A stretch of DNA of 64,000 nucleotides from Nitrospirota bacterium (GCA_963754875.1 CAVWHO010000007.1:1-64000); one strand, 5' to 3'. Shown: positions 49,216 to 60,745, numbered from the stretch's first letter. Program-made: numbers and translations. The notes: generated by a model not told the origin, from the letters alone.

Positions 49216-52185
49216 TCAGACTATCCGATTTTTGTCCAGAACTTCACGCACCTTGCGAAGGAAGGCATTCGGAGAGAATGGTTTAGAGATGAATTCCGTC
49301 CCACGGTCCAGGATACCCTTTTTGTGGATGATATTGGCTGTATATCCGCTCATGAAAAGCGCTTTGATGCCCGGCTTCAAGCCTCTGATCTTCTCATATA
49401 CCACTTTTCCGTTTATACCGGGCATGACGACATCGAGAATGAGAAGCTCAACATGGGGGTTGGCTTTATACTCTTTGACGGCATCCTCGCCATTTTCAGC
49501 AAGTACAACGCGGTAGCCAAATTCCTCTAGGACCTTCTTCGCCAGGTTGCGCACCGCCTCAGCATCCTCTGCAAGGAGTATGGTCTCTGTGCCTCTGGTC
49601 ACGGGCGGCATAACCGCGATATCGAGTTTTTCTGCATCACGCTCGATGGCCGGTAGATATATTTTGAAGGTCGTGCCTTTCCCCGGCTCGCTGTAAACAT
49701 TGATGTAGCCGTTGTGCTGTTTGACAATCCCGTACACTATGGAAAGCCCCAGACCCGTGCCTTTCCCCACGCCCTTCGTGGTGAAGAATGGCTCGAACAT
49801 CTTTTCCTGGGTCTTTGCATCTATTCCTAGTCCCGTATCCGTCACTGATATACGCATGTATTTCCCGGGCTGTGCAAAGACATGCCGCCGGACATAGTCT
49901 TCATCAAATTCCTCGAGCTCGGTCTCAATGATCAGCATCCCGCCGTTCGGCATGGCGTCCCTCGCATTCGTGGCGAGGTTCATGAGCACCTGATCGATCT
50001 GGCCGGTGTCGGACAAGACCGTGGCTTCCTGAGAAGAAAGAACCGTCCTCAGTTCAATGTCCTCGCCGATGACCTTGGTTAGGATATTCTCGAGCTGCTT
50101 GATGACACCGTTCAAACGGGCAGGTTTGGGGTTTATGATTTGCTTTCTGCTGAATGCAAGGAGCCCCTGAGTAAGGCTCGTCGCCCGCTCTGCGGATGCG
50201 AGCACCTGTTCGACATGGCCATGGGCTGTGCTGTCGAGTGTAGTCTTCATAAGCAGAAGATTTCCGTAGCCGACGATGGCGGTGAGGATATTATTAAAAT
50301 CATGCGCCACCCCGCCGGCAAGGAGACCCACCGCCTCCATCTTCTGTGCCTGAAAAAGCTGGGCTTCGAGGCTTTTCTTCTCCGAGATGTCGCGAAGGAT
50401 GGTGTCGGACATCAGGACTCCTCCCTCTTTGTCATAGATTGCCTTGGATCTGGCGAATACAGGAATGTGCCTGCCGTCTCTTGCAAGAAGGGTTAGCGCG
50501 CCCTCAAAAAAGCCGGTGGTCCTCAGAGTTTCCATTTTACCCAAGACAACGTCCCTTTCCTCGGGTACAATGATATCTTTCAGAAGGCGTCCGGCGAGTT
50601 CCTCGAATTCGTATCCCAGGGTTTTCGCCTCAGTCTGGTTGCACATGATGATGTGCCCGCTCCGGTCGACTGAGTGCATCATATCCGGTGCATCGTCATA
50701 GAGCTTCCGATACCGCTCCTTGACCTCATCAAGCTGCTTTTCCAGAGTCACGAGGCCTGTCACGTCCATGAGCGTTTCAATGACGGCGGTGATCGCGCCG
50801 GACGAACTCTTAAGGGGATATGCATTCGTTTCAAAATAGAGGGGCTTCCCGTCCTTGTCGGTGTGGGTATGGAGCGACCGGTGGCGTTCACCGGTTTCAA
50901 AGCATTTCTGCACTGTGCAGTCACATCCCCCTGCCTGCTTAAAACAGGGCTGGTCTATGTGGTGGGATATCTCATAGCAGTGTTTCCCGATGATTGAGTC
51001 ACAGGACGTTTTCACCTGGTTGCAGTAGCCCTGATTCGCAGAAAGGATCCGGTAGTCCTTTCCGATAACCACCACACCTTCTCCGACGCCATCGAGCACC
51101 GCAGCACGGAAGGATTCCGACTCCCGCAATTTCTGCTCTGCTTCCTTTCTTTTACTCGCCATGCGGTCAAAGGATTCTGCGACATCCTGGAGTTCGTCGT
51201 GGCCTGACAGTTTAAGAGTAACGGAGAGGTTGCCGAGCTCCATTTCCTTTAGACCAGCCTTAAGCAACTTGATATTGCCCGTTATCTTATTTGATAGGAG
51301 GAATGACAGAATAAGTGAAAATAAACTAACGATCAACAGGACAAGAATATAGCGCTTGCCGAATGCGTAGGCTGGATGATAGGCAAGCTCTTTCGGCACC
51401 CCGACGATAACCGTCCAGCCTGTTCTGGTCAGCTTTTTGTAGCTGTAGAGTCGCTCTATGCCGTCCCCTCCTCTCTCTTTCAAGCTGCCATTGCTCCCGG
51501 CGATCAGTTGTATCACGCGTTGAGGGATTTTTCTACACGTGCTGATATTCTGCTCAGAGCCGGTACAAACCAGAATGTTGGCCTTGGAATCGACGATCGC
51601 GATGGAGTATCCTGCCTGCTCGGGCTGCGACTTCATGATCATAGCGCGGACAACTGCAAGGTTCAGTGGCATTCCAATTACTCCCACCTGCCTCTTACTG
51701 TTGTCGAACACAGGTATGGCAATCATGGTGGAAGGTATCTTGAATAGTTTCGAGACATGCAGATCACCAACCACATCAACGCCCTTCCGTGCCCTCACAA
51801 ACCAGTCCTTGTCGTTGTAGTTCAGTTTTCTCACACCCTGAGTAAACACGCCGCTTCCATAATTATTACCATCCATATCAGCGGCGAGGATATTGAGATG
51901 AGCGGGATAGGAGGGAAGCAGTTCGCTGAATAGCCGATCGCAAGCCCTGGTGTCTTTGCTGATGACAGCAGGGTACTTTGAAAGTGACCGGAGGGCTGAG
52001 AATGATGCATCAATGAGGTGATCGATATTTGTTGCAACGCTGCTCGCAATAATAAGATTACTGGTTTTGATGTCCTCTTTTTCGTATTTATACATCGAAT
52101 AAACGTTGTAGCTGGAAAAGATAAGCAGGGGGACAAAAATCAAGAGGACAATGGATGCAAGCTTGTATTTAATCGGGATTCTCAT
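49216..52185 (-). CDS. Hybrid sensor histidine kinase (dCache-HAMP-PAS-PAS-HisKA-HATPase-REC)
   Basis: AHDFNN, NARDA, FFTTK..GTGLGL, LLILDVVMP. Confidence 0.93.
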   Translation of the reverse strand: MRIPIKYKLASIVLLIFVPLLIFSSYNVYSMYKYEKEDIKTSNLIIASSVATNIDHLIDASFSALRSLSKYPAVISKDTRACDRLFSELLPSYPAHLNILAADMDGNNYGSGVFTQGVRKLNYNDKDWFVRARKGVDVVGDLHVSKLFKIPSTMIAIPVFDNSKRQVGVIGMPLNLAVVRAMIMKSQPEQAGYSIAIVDSKANILVCTGSEQNISTCRKIPQRVIQLIAGSNGSLKERGGDGIERLYSYKKLTRTGWTVIVGVPKELAYHPAYAFGKRYILVLLIVSLFSLILSFLLSNKITGNIKLLKAGLKEMELGNLSVTLKLSGHDELQDVAESFDRMASKRKEAEQKLRESESFRAAVLDGVGEGVVVIGKDYRILSANQGYCNQVKTSCDSIIGKHCYEISHHIDQPCFKQAGGCDCTVQKCFETGERHRSLHTHTDKDGKPLYFETNAYPLKSSSGAITAVIETLMDVTGLVTLEKQLDEVKERYRKLYDDAPDMMHSVDRSGHIIMCNQTEAKTLGYEFEELAGRLLKDIIVPEERDVVLGKMETLRTTGFFEGALTLLARDGRHIPVFARSKAIYDKEGGVLMSDTILRDISEKKSLEAQLFQAQKMEAVGLLAGGVAHDFNNILTAIVGYGNLLLMKTTLDSTAHGHVEQVLASAERATSLTQGLLAFSRKQIINPKPARLNGVIKQLENILTKVIGEDIELRTVLSSQEATVLSDTGQIDQVLMNLATNARDAMPNGGMLIIETELEEFDEDYVRRHVFAQPGKYMRISVTDTGLGIDAKTQEKMFEPFFTTKGVGKGTGLGLSIVYGIVKQHNGYINVYSEPGKGTTFKIYLPAIERDAEKLDIAVMPPVTRGTETILLAEDAEAVRNLAKKVLEEFGYRVVLAENGEDAVKEYKANPHVELLILDVVMPGINGKVVYEKIRGLKPGIKALFMSGYTANIIHKKGILDRGTEFISKPFSPNAFLRKVREVLDKNRIV

Positions 52186-52383
52186 AATGATTATTTTCAG
52201 TTAACAATGTTCATTATATCATTAGTATCCGATTGTTACACGAATAATTTCAACTGGTTCCGTCATGAGTATCGGTTTCGTGATCAATCGCATTGTGAAC
52301 TATTTTGAGAAATGGACTTTTTCTCAACAAGGTTGGCCTCGCCTCCAAAATCTATAAAATTGTATAGAGAATGCCGGGAATAT

Positions 52384-53985
52384 TTAGCTCCTGACAGTTT
52401 TAATATCAGCTGTGGCTTTGCCCAGCTCCACGGCGATATCCGAAAGATGCCACACTTCGCTAGTAACGTTGTCTGCCATTTTCTCCATGTCCCGTGAAAT
52501 GCTTGAGGTGGATTCAATATTTTTCGCTATTTCCGCTGCCGTTGCCGACTGCTGCTCGACTGCCGTCGCAATCTGATTAATCTGGTCCTTCACCTTCGTG
52601 ATCGACTCCGTGATGGTCTCGAGAACATTATTCAAGTTCTTGATATGCCCTGCGGCCTTCGTAACTCCCTTTGCAGATGCCGCCATCGAGGCCGCGGTCT
52701 GGCTGGACTCTGACTGGATCGCGCCGATTTCCGTCGAAATCTCCGCGGTCGCCTGAATGGTTCTTTCTGCCAATTTTCTTATCTCGTCAGCCACGACGGC
52801 AAACCCGACTCCCTGTTCTCCGGCCCGTGCAGCCTCTATTGCAGCATTCAAGGCAAGGAGATTCGTTTGATCCGCGATACCCTTGATGACCGTCACGATG
52901 TTTCCGATCTCCGACGCCCTTTTGTTCAGCTTTTCGATCGTATTTGACAACTCCTGTGTCGAACCGTTGAGTTCATTGATCGTATCCACGGAGATATTCG
53001 TTATCTGTTTCGCGTTCTCCGCTATTTCCATGGCATCCTTTGAGGTGTCGGCGGATTCACCGGCGTTTTTTGCTATGTCCGCGATGGTCTGGTTCATCTC
53101 CTCGGCAGCCACCGCGATCATGTGCGCCTGACCCGCCTGTTTTTTCGACCCTTCCGAGGTGGTTTCGGCGTGGCCTCTGACGATATCTACCGCGGGCATT
53201 ATTTTGGCGGAAGCCTGAATAATAGTATTAAGCATGCGCGAAAAATGTTTGATGACCATGTCCACATTCTGCGACATTTGGGCTATTTCGTCTTTGCCTT
53301 CCCGGAAGAGCGAGGTATCGGTATATCCTTCCCCAACTCGCCTCACCTTTGCGATCAAGTCCTTCATGGGAGAATGGGTCAGGTGGACGAGACTCAGGAC
53401 AATGATCGTCATAGCGATGATGCCGCATAGTCCAAGTACGCCGTAAAGAAATTGCATCGCCCGTATCCTGCCAAAGGATTCCCTGAGCGGCACTTTGATG
53501 CTGATGGCCCCTAGAACCGTTCCTTCCTTCACATTGTGGCAGGACAGACAGTTCTTGCCCATAAATTTTTCTTTAGCGATATAGGGATATACCCCCCGGA
53601 TGGAATCTCCTTCCATGATAATCCGTTCCACTCCTTTTTCGATAACCTCCCGGTCCAGGGCATCGACGGCATACTCTTCGGCATTCCCTTTCCCAAAATC
53701 TCTATCCACGCTTTCCGACCGGATGACCCTCAAATCAACAATGGTCCGCATCTGTTCCAGGAAGGGCCCTTTGGTTTCCTTGATGTTGTTTGCCAGCATC
53801 ATAGTCGTGAGGGTATTCAGGATAGTATCCCTGTATCCCGAAAGCGTCGAACGCTCTACCTCGTGAAGGACAATGGACTCTGTTTTATACCCCGTAACCA
53901 CAGTTATAATAACTACCCCCAAGGTAATAAAAAAGAGGATCGGTGCGGCAAGCTTCCATTTTATTGAGATATCCCTAATTTTCAT
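52384..53985 (-). CDS. Methyl-accepting chemotaxis protein with periplasmic c-type haem motif
   Basis: CLSCH between two TMs; [21 protein letters not shown]. Confidence 0.92.
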   Translation of the reverse strand: MKIRDISIKWKLAAPILFFITLGVVIITVVTGYKTESIVLHEVERSTLSGYRDTILNTLTTMMLANNIKETKGPFLEQMRTIVDLRVIRSESVDRDFGKGNAEEYAVDALDREVIEKGVERIIMEGDSIRGVYPYIAKEKFMGKNCLSCHNVKEGTVLGAISIKVPLRESFGRIRAMQFLYGVLGLCGIIAMTIIVLSLVHLTHSPMKDLIAKVRRVGEGYTDTSLFREGKDEIAQMSQNVDMVIKHFSRMLNTIIQASAKIMPAVDIVRGHAETTSEGSKKQAGQAHMIAVAAEEMNQTIADIAKNAGESADTSKDAMEIAENAKQITNISVDTINELNGSTQELSNTIEKLNKRASEIGNIVTVIKGIADQTNLLALNAAIEAARAGEQGVGFAVVADEIRKLAERTIQATAEISTEIGAIQSESSQTAASMAASAKGVTKAAGHIKNLNNVLETITESITKVKDQINQIATAVEQQSATAAEIAKNIESTSSISRDMEKMADNVTSEVWHLSDIAVELGKATADIKTVRS

Positions 53986-54276
53986 GGCGTCCCTTCTATG
54001 ACCAACATCTTCGGTTGATTGCGCGATAGAACGCTTCTTCACACAGCGTAGCTACTTACACTTACAAACGGCGCTTTCGGGAAAGATCTCTTCCAAAGTC
54101 TTTTGAGTGCTGGAACGTCCCATTGCCGGTTGCCGAATCATAATTGAGCCCCAAGGTACGGAAATCGTATAATGCCAGAGTAAAGCAAGACGTTTGGTTC
54201 TGTATAACAGCAGCAATGTAGCCAAGGCAAATTTTCTTGTCAGTAAACGTACAACCATTCGATAGACTGATCAGCG

Positions 54277-56762
54277 TTATGAATTTAGCACCTTTTCCAA
54301 TACATTTTGTAGGTTATCAATACTGTAGGGTTTTTTGAGGAACGCCTTGAATCCCTGCTCTTTGTGTTTCGCTACAACGGAATCATCAGAGTATCCACTC
54401 GAAACAACAGCATTAGCTCCCGGATCGATTTCCAATAGTTTGTGAATTGTTTCAGCGCCTCCCATCCCGTCCCGGATCGTAAGATCCAGGATGACAACAT
54501 CGAAAGGTTTCCCCAATTGCTTCGCCAATTGGTATTTATAAATCGCCTCCTCGCCATTCGCCGCGACTTGCACCTCATGCCCGAGAGCCCTAAGCAATTC
54601 CCCGCCGACATCACGGATAACCGGTTCATCGTCCATAAGAAGTACTTTACCAGTACGAACTGGTGAAGCTACTGCCGTCAGTTGCAAAGGCTCGGCTTGT
54701 TGTCTTGCAGCAACGGCTGGAAGATAAATAAAAAAGGTGCTTCCTTTGCCTGCCTCAGAATTTACATCAATCAGCCCGCCATGGTTTTTAACAATGGAAT
54801 AGGACGTCGCTAGGCCTAAACCATTCCCTTTTTTCTTGGTCGTGAAATAGGGATCGAATATCCTAGCCAAGTGATGTTCCGGGATTCCAACGCCGCTATC
54901 CTTGATGGTAATCTCAATATATTTTCCTTTATACAAGCTCTGGGGCAGGACCTTATCAAACGATTGGACGTTCCTCGCAGTTATCTCCACCAGACCTCCC
55001 TCTGTCATGGACTGATCCGCATTCATGACGAGGTTCTGAATCACCTGCCCAATCTGGCCCTCGTCCGCTTCAACCTGCCACAGGCCTCTATCAGCAACTA
55101 TGTGGTAATCCGAGCGTGACCCACTCATCGCAAACTTAGCAGCATTATCAATTATCGGCAGGAGATCAAGCTGTTCTTTTACCGGCTTACCTCCCTTCGA
55201 AAAAGTCAAAAGCTGGTTTGTCAAAGTTACTGACATGTGCAGTGCCATCTCAGCCTGTTCGAGCGCAGCAAGGCACTTGGTTTGCTGGTCTACAGTAAGT
55301 CTTGCAAGGGAAATATAGCCAAACACACCCTGCAAAAGGTTGTTGAAGTCATGAGCAATGCCGCCAGCCAAGATCCCCATGGATTCAAGCTTCTGAACCC
55401 TCAGAGATTGCTCTTCCACCTTCTTGCGTTCGGAGATGTTGCTCACGATTCCCCGAAGTCCGACAGATCGGTTATCTCGTACAATAGGGCTCGAAACGAT
55501 GCTGATCGGAAATGTGGTTCCATCCTTCCGGAGCCCCTTAAAATCTCTGTACCCAGGTCGAACTCCTTTATATCGGAGGGAAATAAGCTCCCCTGCCCTT
55601 TCGCGGTCGTCTGGGGCCACCACTTGCATTACATTCACGCCAGCATCGACATCTTGCTGCTGATATCCGAAAACATCCAGACCGGCCCTGTTAATGTAAG
55701 TAATGCGCCCCTGCGGATCCGTTTCAAAGATCGTAAGTGGAAGAGATGCAGCCAGGTCTCGGAAACGCTCCTCGCTCTCCCGTAACGCCCCTTCCACCTT
55801 CTTTCTTTCGGTAATATCCCGTGTTACGCCAAGCAAAGCGACTATTTCGTCATTCCCATTTCGAAAAGGGACGGCATGGGTCTCCAGCCACAGATGCCTG
55901 CCTTTTATGCCAATTATCTCAAAAACCAGAATCCCGGACTCTCCTTTGAATACCTGTTTTGTCAGTTCCATGAAGTCTTTTTTATATTCTTCGGCGACCA
56001 AGGGGAGGACACTTTTGTCCTTAACCTGATCCAGTGAATCCACCTGGAGCATTGATAAGCCTCCCTTGTTCATCATGATAAGTTTTGCATCTGCATCAAG
56101 GAGTTTTACACATTCCGGCTCAGCGTCGATAATCGCCTGAAGCATATCTTCACTTTTCTTGAGTGCGATCTCTGCCTCTTTTCGTTCCTGAAGTTCACGT
56201 TCGAGGAGATTCTTGTCCACAGCAACATTCTGGATCCTTTTGACAAAGTTATCTATATCTAGCAGCATATTGTTGAATTCAACAAAACCGACATTGCTGC
56301 TGTTCGTTTCGAGTTTTGCCAAATCCCCAATACTACTGATATCCTGAATCTTCTGGTGAAACAGCTCAGTAGCTTTGATAATCCGTGCATTTAAAAGCTT
56401 AGAGATAACGCTTGTCAAAATGAAGGGAACTGGAGACAAGAAAAAGAAATAAAGAATAAACTTCTTTTCAAGGTTTTTAATTGTTGGTCCTATGTCCTGC
56501 TGCACGCTCACTGCAGCTAATATGTTCCCTAGTCTCTCCTTACGGTGACACTCCAAACAAACCCTTTTTGCCTCGACCGGATAAATATCGATCAGACGGA
56601 AACCCTTGCTATTATTAACAACAACGCCTCGTTTCAAAACGTTTTTTATATCATTATCCGTATCCGTTCCATCGTTTCTGTAAAGTTTGATTTGATATTC
56701 AGTATCCCCTCTTATCCCGGCTGTGGAGGCAAGGAGTTCATCCAGGTCTTTGCTTGTCCAGC
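54277..56762 (-). pseudogene. Hybrid histidine kinase with CxxCH sensor domain, 5'-truncated by IS21
   Basis: CLECH, TM, two PAS, AHDFNN, REC; no native start or first TM, and the frame runs into the IS end. Confidence 0.85.
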
Positions 56763-56767
56763 TGAGT

Positions 56768-56882
56768 ATTCTGCTCCAATTCAGGCAGCCATTCCACTGC
56801 AATTCAGGCACCTGTTCTGCTCCAATTCAGGCACCCATTCCACTGCAATTCGGGCCGGTGTTCCGCTCCAATTCAGGCACCC
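56768..56882. repeat. Five tandem ~23-bp transposase-binding repeats at the IS21 left end
   Basis: CAATTCAGGCA core with period 23; inverted related copies at ~59325-59390. Confidence 0.85.
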
Positions 56883-56963
56883 TCTAACGCATTAAACGAC
56901 GCTGGGTAAATTCTACAAATTCGTATATCCTGCTCCTTAAAATTCGCTTCTAAGGAGAGCTGG

Positions 56964-58505
56964 ATGACGAGAGAAAGAATACCCGTGCGAACAATTAAAG
57001 AAGTTTTACGCCTCAAATGGTCCTGCGGCCTAGACCGCCGCGCTATATCCAAAAGCTGTGGAATAGCCAGAAGCACCGTTGACGAGTATACGAAACGAGC
57101 CAGACAGGCCGGGCTATCATGGCCCCTGCCGGCAGACCTGGACGATACCGCCCTCGAGCATCTTCTCTACCCGCCGGTCATTGTCTCCACATCTCCACGT
57201 CCGCTCCCTGTATGGGAGGATGTTCACCGCGAGCTTGCGCGTAAAAGTGTTACCCTGATGCTCCTGTGGGACGAGTACAAAGCGCAATATCCTGAAGGAT
57301 ATCAGTACGCACATTTTTGTGACCTCTATCGCGCCTATGCAAAAAAGCTCGATATCTCCATGCGACAGGTTCATCTTGCAGGAGAAAAGCTGTTTGTTGA
57401 TTACTGTGGCCAAACAGTCTCGGTAATCGACAAATCCACCGGAGAGGTACACAACTGTCAGATCTTCGTCGCCGTCCTAGGCGCCAGCAACTTTACATAT
57501 GCCGAAGCAACGTTTACGCAGGGTCTGCCAGACTGGATCGGTTCCCATGTCCGGACCCTTAAGTTCATCGACGGTGTGCCCGAGATCCTGATCCCTGATA
57601 ATCTTCTCTCCGGCATCACCAAGGTCTGTCGCTATGAGCCAGGCGTCAATCGCACCTATCAAGAGCTTGCAGTTCATTACGGTGCTGCGGTCATTCCTGC
57701 CCGCGTCAGGAAGCCTAAAGACAAAGCGAAAGTTGAAGCCGGAGTCCTTCTGGTGCAGCGTTGGATCCTGGCAGCCCTCAGGAACCGTACCTTCTTCAGC
57801 CTCGCAGAACTCAATGCCGCTATCCGGGAACTGCTGGATAGACTCAATAACCGGCCCTTCAAGAAGCTCTCCGGCAGCCGTATGAGCCGTTTTCTGGAGA
57901 TCGATAAGCCTGCATTACAACCGCTGCCTGCTGTGGCCTTCGAGTACGCAGAATGGAAGATAAAAAAACGTTCCGGCATCGATTACCACGTCGAAGTCAA
58001 TGACCACTATTACAGCGTACCCTACCAACTCCGCAATGAATACCTGGACGTACGGCTAACGGAATCGATTGTAGAAGTCTTCTTTCACAACAAACGCATC
58101 GCCTCACATATCCGGTCCTATGCCAAGGGAAGACATACGACACTTGCCGAGCACATGCCGAAGTCCCATCGGGACTATGCTGACTGGACCCCAGAGCGCC
58201 TGATACGCTGGGCATCGGAAACCGGCAAATCAACGGCAGAGCTGGTTACGGCCATTCTCGCAAAGAAGCTTCACCCACAACAAGGCTTTCGTTCCTGTAT
58301 GGGGATCATCACTCTTTCCAAGAAGTTTGGCAAAGAACGCGTCGAGGCTGCCTGCAAGCGAGCACTCGCCATCGGGGGCATCAGTTTCGGAAGCGTCAAG
58401 TCCATCCTTGAAACAAATTTAGACAAAAAACCGTTACCAGAGCCAAAAGCCGCATCACAGGCGATCACTCACAGCAACATCCGTGGCAGCGAATACTATA
58501 ACTAA
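56964..58505 (+). CDS. istA: IS21 transposase
   Basis: GEKLFVDYCG, PDNL, PKDKAKVE, HSNIRGSEYY. Confidence 0.95.
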   Translation: MTRERIPVRTIKEVLRLKWSCGLDRRAISKSCGIARSTVDEYTKRARQAGLSWPLPADLDDTALEHLLYPPVIVSTSPRPLPVWEDVHRELARKSVTLMLLWDEYKAQYPEGYQYAHFCDLYRAYAKKLDISMRQVHLAGEKLFVDYCGQTVSVIDKSTGEVHNCQIFVAVLGASNFTYAEATFTQGLPDWIGSHVRTLKFIDGVPEILIPDNLLSGITKVCRYEPGVNRTYQELAVHYGAAVIPARVRKPKDKAKVEAGVLLVQRWILAALRNRTFFSLAELNAAIRELLDRLNNRPFKKLSGSRMSRFLEIDKPALQPLPAVAFEYAEWKIKKRSGIDYHVEVNDHYYSVPYQLRNEYLDVRLTESIVEVFFHNKRIASHIRSYAKGRHTTLAEHMPKSHRDYADWTPERLIRWASETGKSTAELVTAILAKKLHPQQGFRSCMGIITLSKKFGKERVEAACKRALAIGGISFGSVKSILETNLDKKPLPEPKAASQAITHSNIRGSEYYN

Positions 58506-58523
58506 CTGCAAAAGGAGACTATT

Positions 58524-59264
58524 ATGTTAGCGCATCCCACACTCGACAAGATCGAACAACTCCGTCTTTTTGGCATGGCAAAAGCCCTGCGTGAACAACT
58601 GCAGAATCAAAAAGCGACTTCACTAAGCTTTGAGGAGCGGCTTGGGCTCCTTATTGACCGAGAACTGACAGAACGAGAGAACAGACGGCTTGTTACGCGC
58701 TTACGAGCTGCAAAACTGAGAATCTCAGCATCTATCGAAGACATCGACTTCCGTCAGCCCCGAGGGCTGGACAAATCGCTCATTCTGTCGCTTGCGTCGA
58801 ACCAGTGGATTATCGAGCATCACAATCTGCTTATCATCGGCCCGACCGGCGTGGGAAAGAGCTATCTTGCCTGCGCCCTGTCCCACAAAGCCTGCCGTGA
58901 TGGTCATGCCGTCGTGTATCAGAGGCTGCCGAGGCTTCTTGAAGATCTGGCCCTATCGCATCACGACGGACGGTATCGGAAACTGATGAAGTCACTTCTC
59001 AAGGCAGACCTGCTTGTCCTCGACGACTTCGGACTTGCTCCGCTCACGACGGAACAGCAAAGAGATCTTCTGGAAATCATCGAGGACCGTTATGATCGCC
59101 GGTCGACCCTCATAACTACCCAAATGCCGGTTAAGCACTGGCATGATATCCTGGCCGACCCGACCTTGGCTGACGCTATCATGGACCGTCTGGTGCATAA
59201 CGCCTACAAAATAGACCTGAAAGGAGAATCAATGAGAAAGAGCAAATCAAAGATCAATCGTTGA
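58524..59264 (+). CDS. istB: IS21 helper ATPase
   Basis: GPTGVGKS, LLVLDDFG, ADAIMDRLVH, LKGESMR. Confidence 0.95.
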   Translation: MLAHPTLDKIEQLRLFGMAKALREQLQNQKATSLSFEERLGLLIDRELTERENRRLVTRLRAAKLRISASIEDIDFRQPRGLDKSLILSLASNQWIIEHHNLLIIGPTGVGKSYLACALSHKACRDGHAVVYQRLPRLLEDLALSHHDGRYRKLMKSLLKADLLVLDDFGLAPLTTEQQRDLLEIIEDRYDRRSTLITTQMPVKHWHDILADPTLADAIMDRLVHNAYKIDLKGESMRKSKSKINR

Positions 59265-59395
59265 CAAGTCAAAATCCCTATGAGATAGTAGCTTTAACCC
59301 AGCAATCGGTTATCCCGTTGGAGAGTGCCCGAATTGAATCGGAATGCGTGCCCGAAACGAAACCGAATGCCTGCCTGAATTCACCAGAATACACA

Positions 59396-59769
59396 ATAAC
59401 CAGTCAAGAACCGATATCAAAAAGGCATCATACGTTAAAATAACTCCGGCAGGTTCTTATTATTTATCAAATCTTATTTATGAATTCGTATATCATGACG
59501 CTATATTTATCGACACACCGATTTCTGATATCTCGTCTTTAAAGGACTTGCGCCGTTTATTTCACGCTACAGATATGGAATTGCGTTTAGAGCGTGCAAA
59601 CACATTTGTAAACTATTTGGCTATTTCAGAGGTTGATGAAATTAAGGGCCATCCTGAATATTTACATAACGAATTTACAAATAAATTTTTTAGTGAGGCA
59701 ATTAGGGAGCGGCTGAAGCCCATTGAAGCAGAAATAAGGCATAGGAACAATTTGCCAAAGAAGATATAG
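59396..59769 (+). pseudogene. 3' remnant of an AT-rich gene cut by IS21
   Basis: Open frame from the IS end to a stop (YVKITPAGSYYL...DTPI), no start of its own. Confidence 0.65.
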
Positions 59770-60259
59770 TAGAACCTTTAGTTTCAGGTCCTGCGGTTTG
59801 ACAAAGGACACTATAGGGGACGTCTCTCTGTTTGTGTTACTGCGTTACCCCGATATCCCCCGGAGCCAGCGGTATTCAGCACGGCCGAACCTGCCAAAGC
59901 TCCTGCCCTGAACATCTTAGGGTCACCCATTTGAAGGCATCCTGTCAAGTGCAAAAGCCCACCCCATGGCGAGAAAATGAAATTTTCCCGCCGGTGTTTA
60001 CACAGTCATCGATTCCCTTACCATTGCCGTAGTTTCATTCAGTTTCGGTATCAGTTCTTCACTGTACCAGTCACCCATCTGGATTAAGGTCTGGTTGTTG
60101 ACACGCGGTTCTCAGAGTGACCCTTTCCCAGCGGAGCGGGGACCAGAAAATCTTCGGCTCCTTGCCGTGTCCAAAACGGGTTATCACAGATCGTGTGGTT
60201 GTCAGCCAGCCCCAGGGTGGCTCACGGCACGGGCAGTAAAGATCCCGATAACTCTATAG

Positions 60260-60311
60260 GGGAACTTCCTGGGGTCGGGAACTTCCTGGGGTCAGGTCCA
60301 TACTGTTGCAC
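60260..60311. repeat. 35-bp inverted repeat, right copy, with a 17-bp tandem duplication
   Basis: GGGAACTTCCTGGGGTC x2 then AGGTCCATACTGTTGCAC. Confidence 0.9.
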
Positions 60312-60470
60312 TATGCGATCAGAACCCGGGAGTGTCTTTAATTTTTATATTCCGTTTCGCCACACTCAGACAAACGAGACCGACACACGTCCGATTTTGC
60401 GGGCATTCGACGACGATTTGACTACGATCTGGACCCGACAGTGTCAGGTCTTTTATTTTGGTGTTTGTAC

Positions 60471-60745
60471 TTATCGATCTGCTGCTCTATATTTTGCCCT
60501 ACTCTCTTTCGCTATAAATCCGATCTTTTTTTTCGGCTTTTCCTCAACTGAAATTATTTGCCTTATCGCCTCAAACACGATCTGGAATTGTCCATCATAT
60601 TTCTTTTCGAGTTCGGCCAGTTTCCTCGCTAAGTCCCTATGACTTGAAATCATGATTCGCAATTTCCCGAAGGTTCTCATGATCTGGATATTGACTTGAA
60701 TTGCACGCGGACTGTTCAAGACGCTCGAAAGCATTGCGATGCCGG
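60471..60745 (-). pseudogene. C-terminal remnant of an ORF6N-domain protein
   Basis: GIAMLSSVLNSPRAIQVNIQIMRTF...KYDGQFQIVFEAI...KKKIGF; N-terminal half absent. Confidence 0.8.

Larger units (their letters stand above)
56763..59395 (+). mobile_element. IS21-family insertion sequence
   Basis: Ends TGAGTATTCTGCTCCAATTCAGGCAG / CTGCCTGAATTCACCAGAATACACA (TG...CA), internal repeats, istA and istB. Confidence 0.95.

Noticed and set aside
56768..56882. CRISPR-like tandem repeats
   Set aside because: Period 23 with no unique spacers and no cas genes; these are IS21 terminal repeats
59820..60250. Possible ncRNA or small gene
   Set aside because: No recognisable RNA family or convincing ORF; looks like degraded sequence
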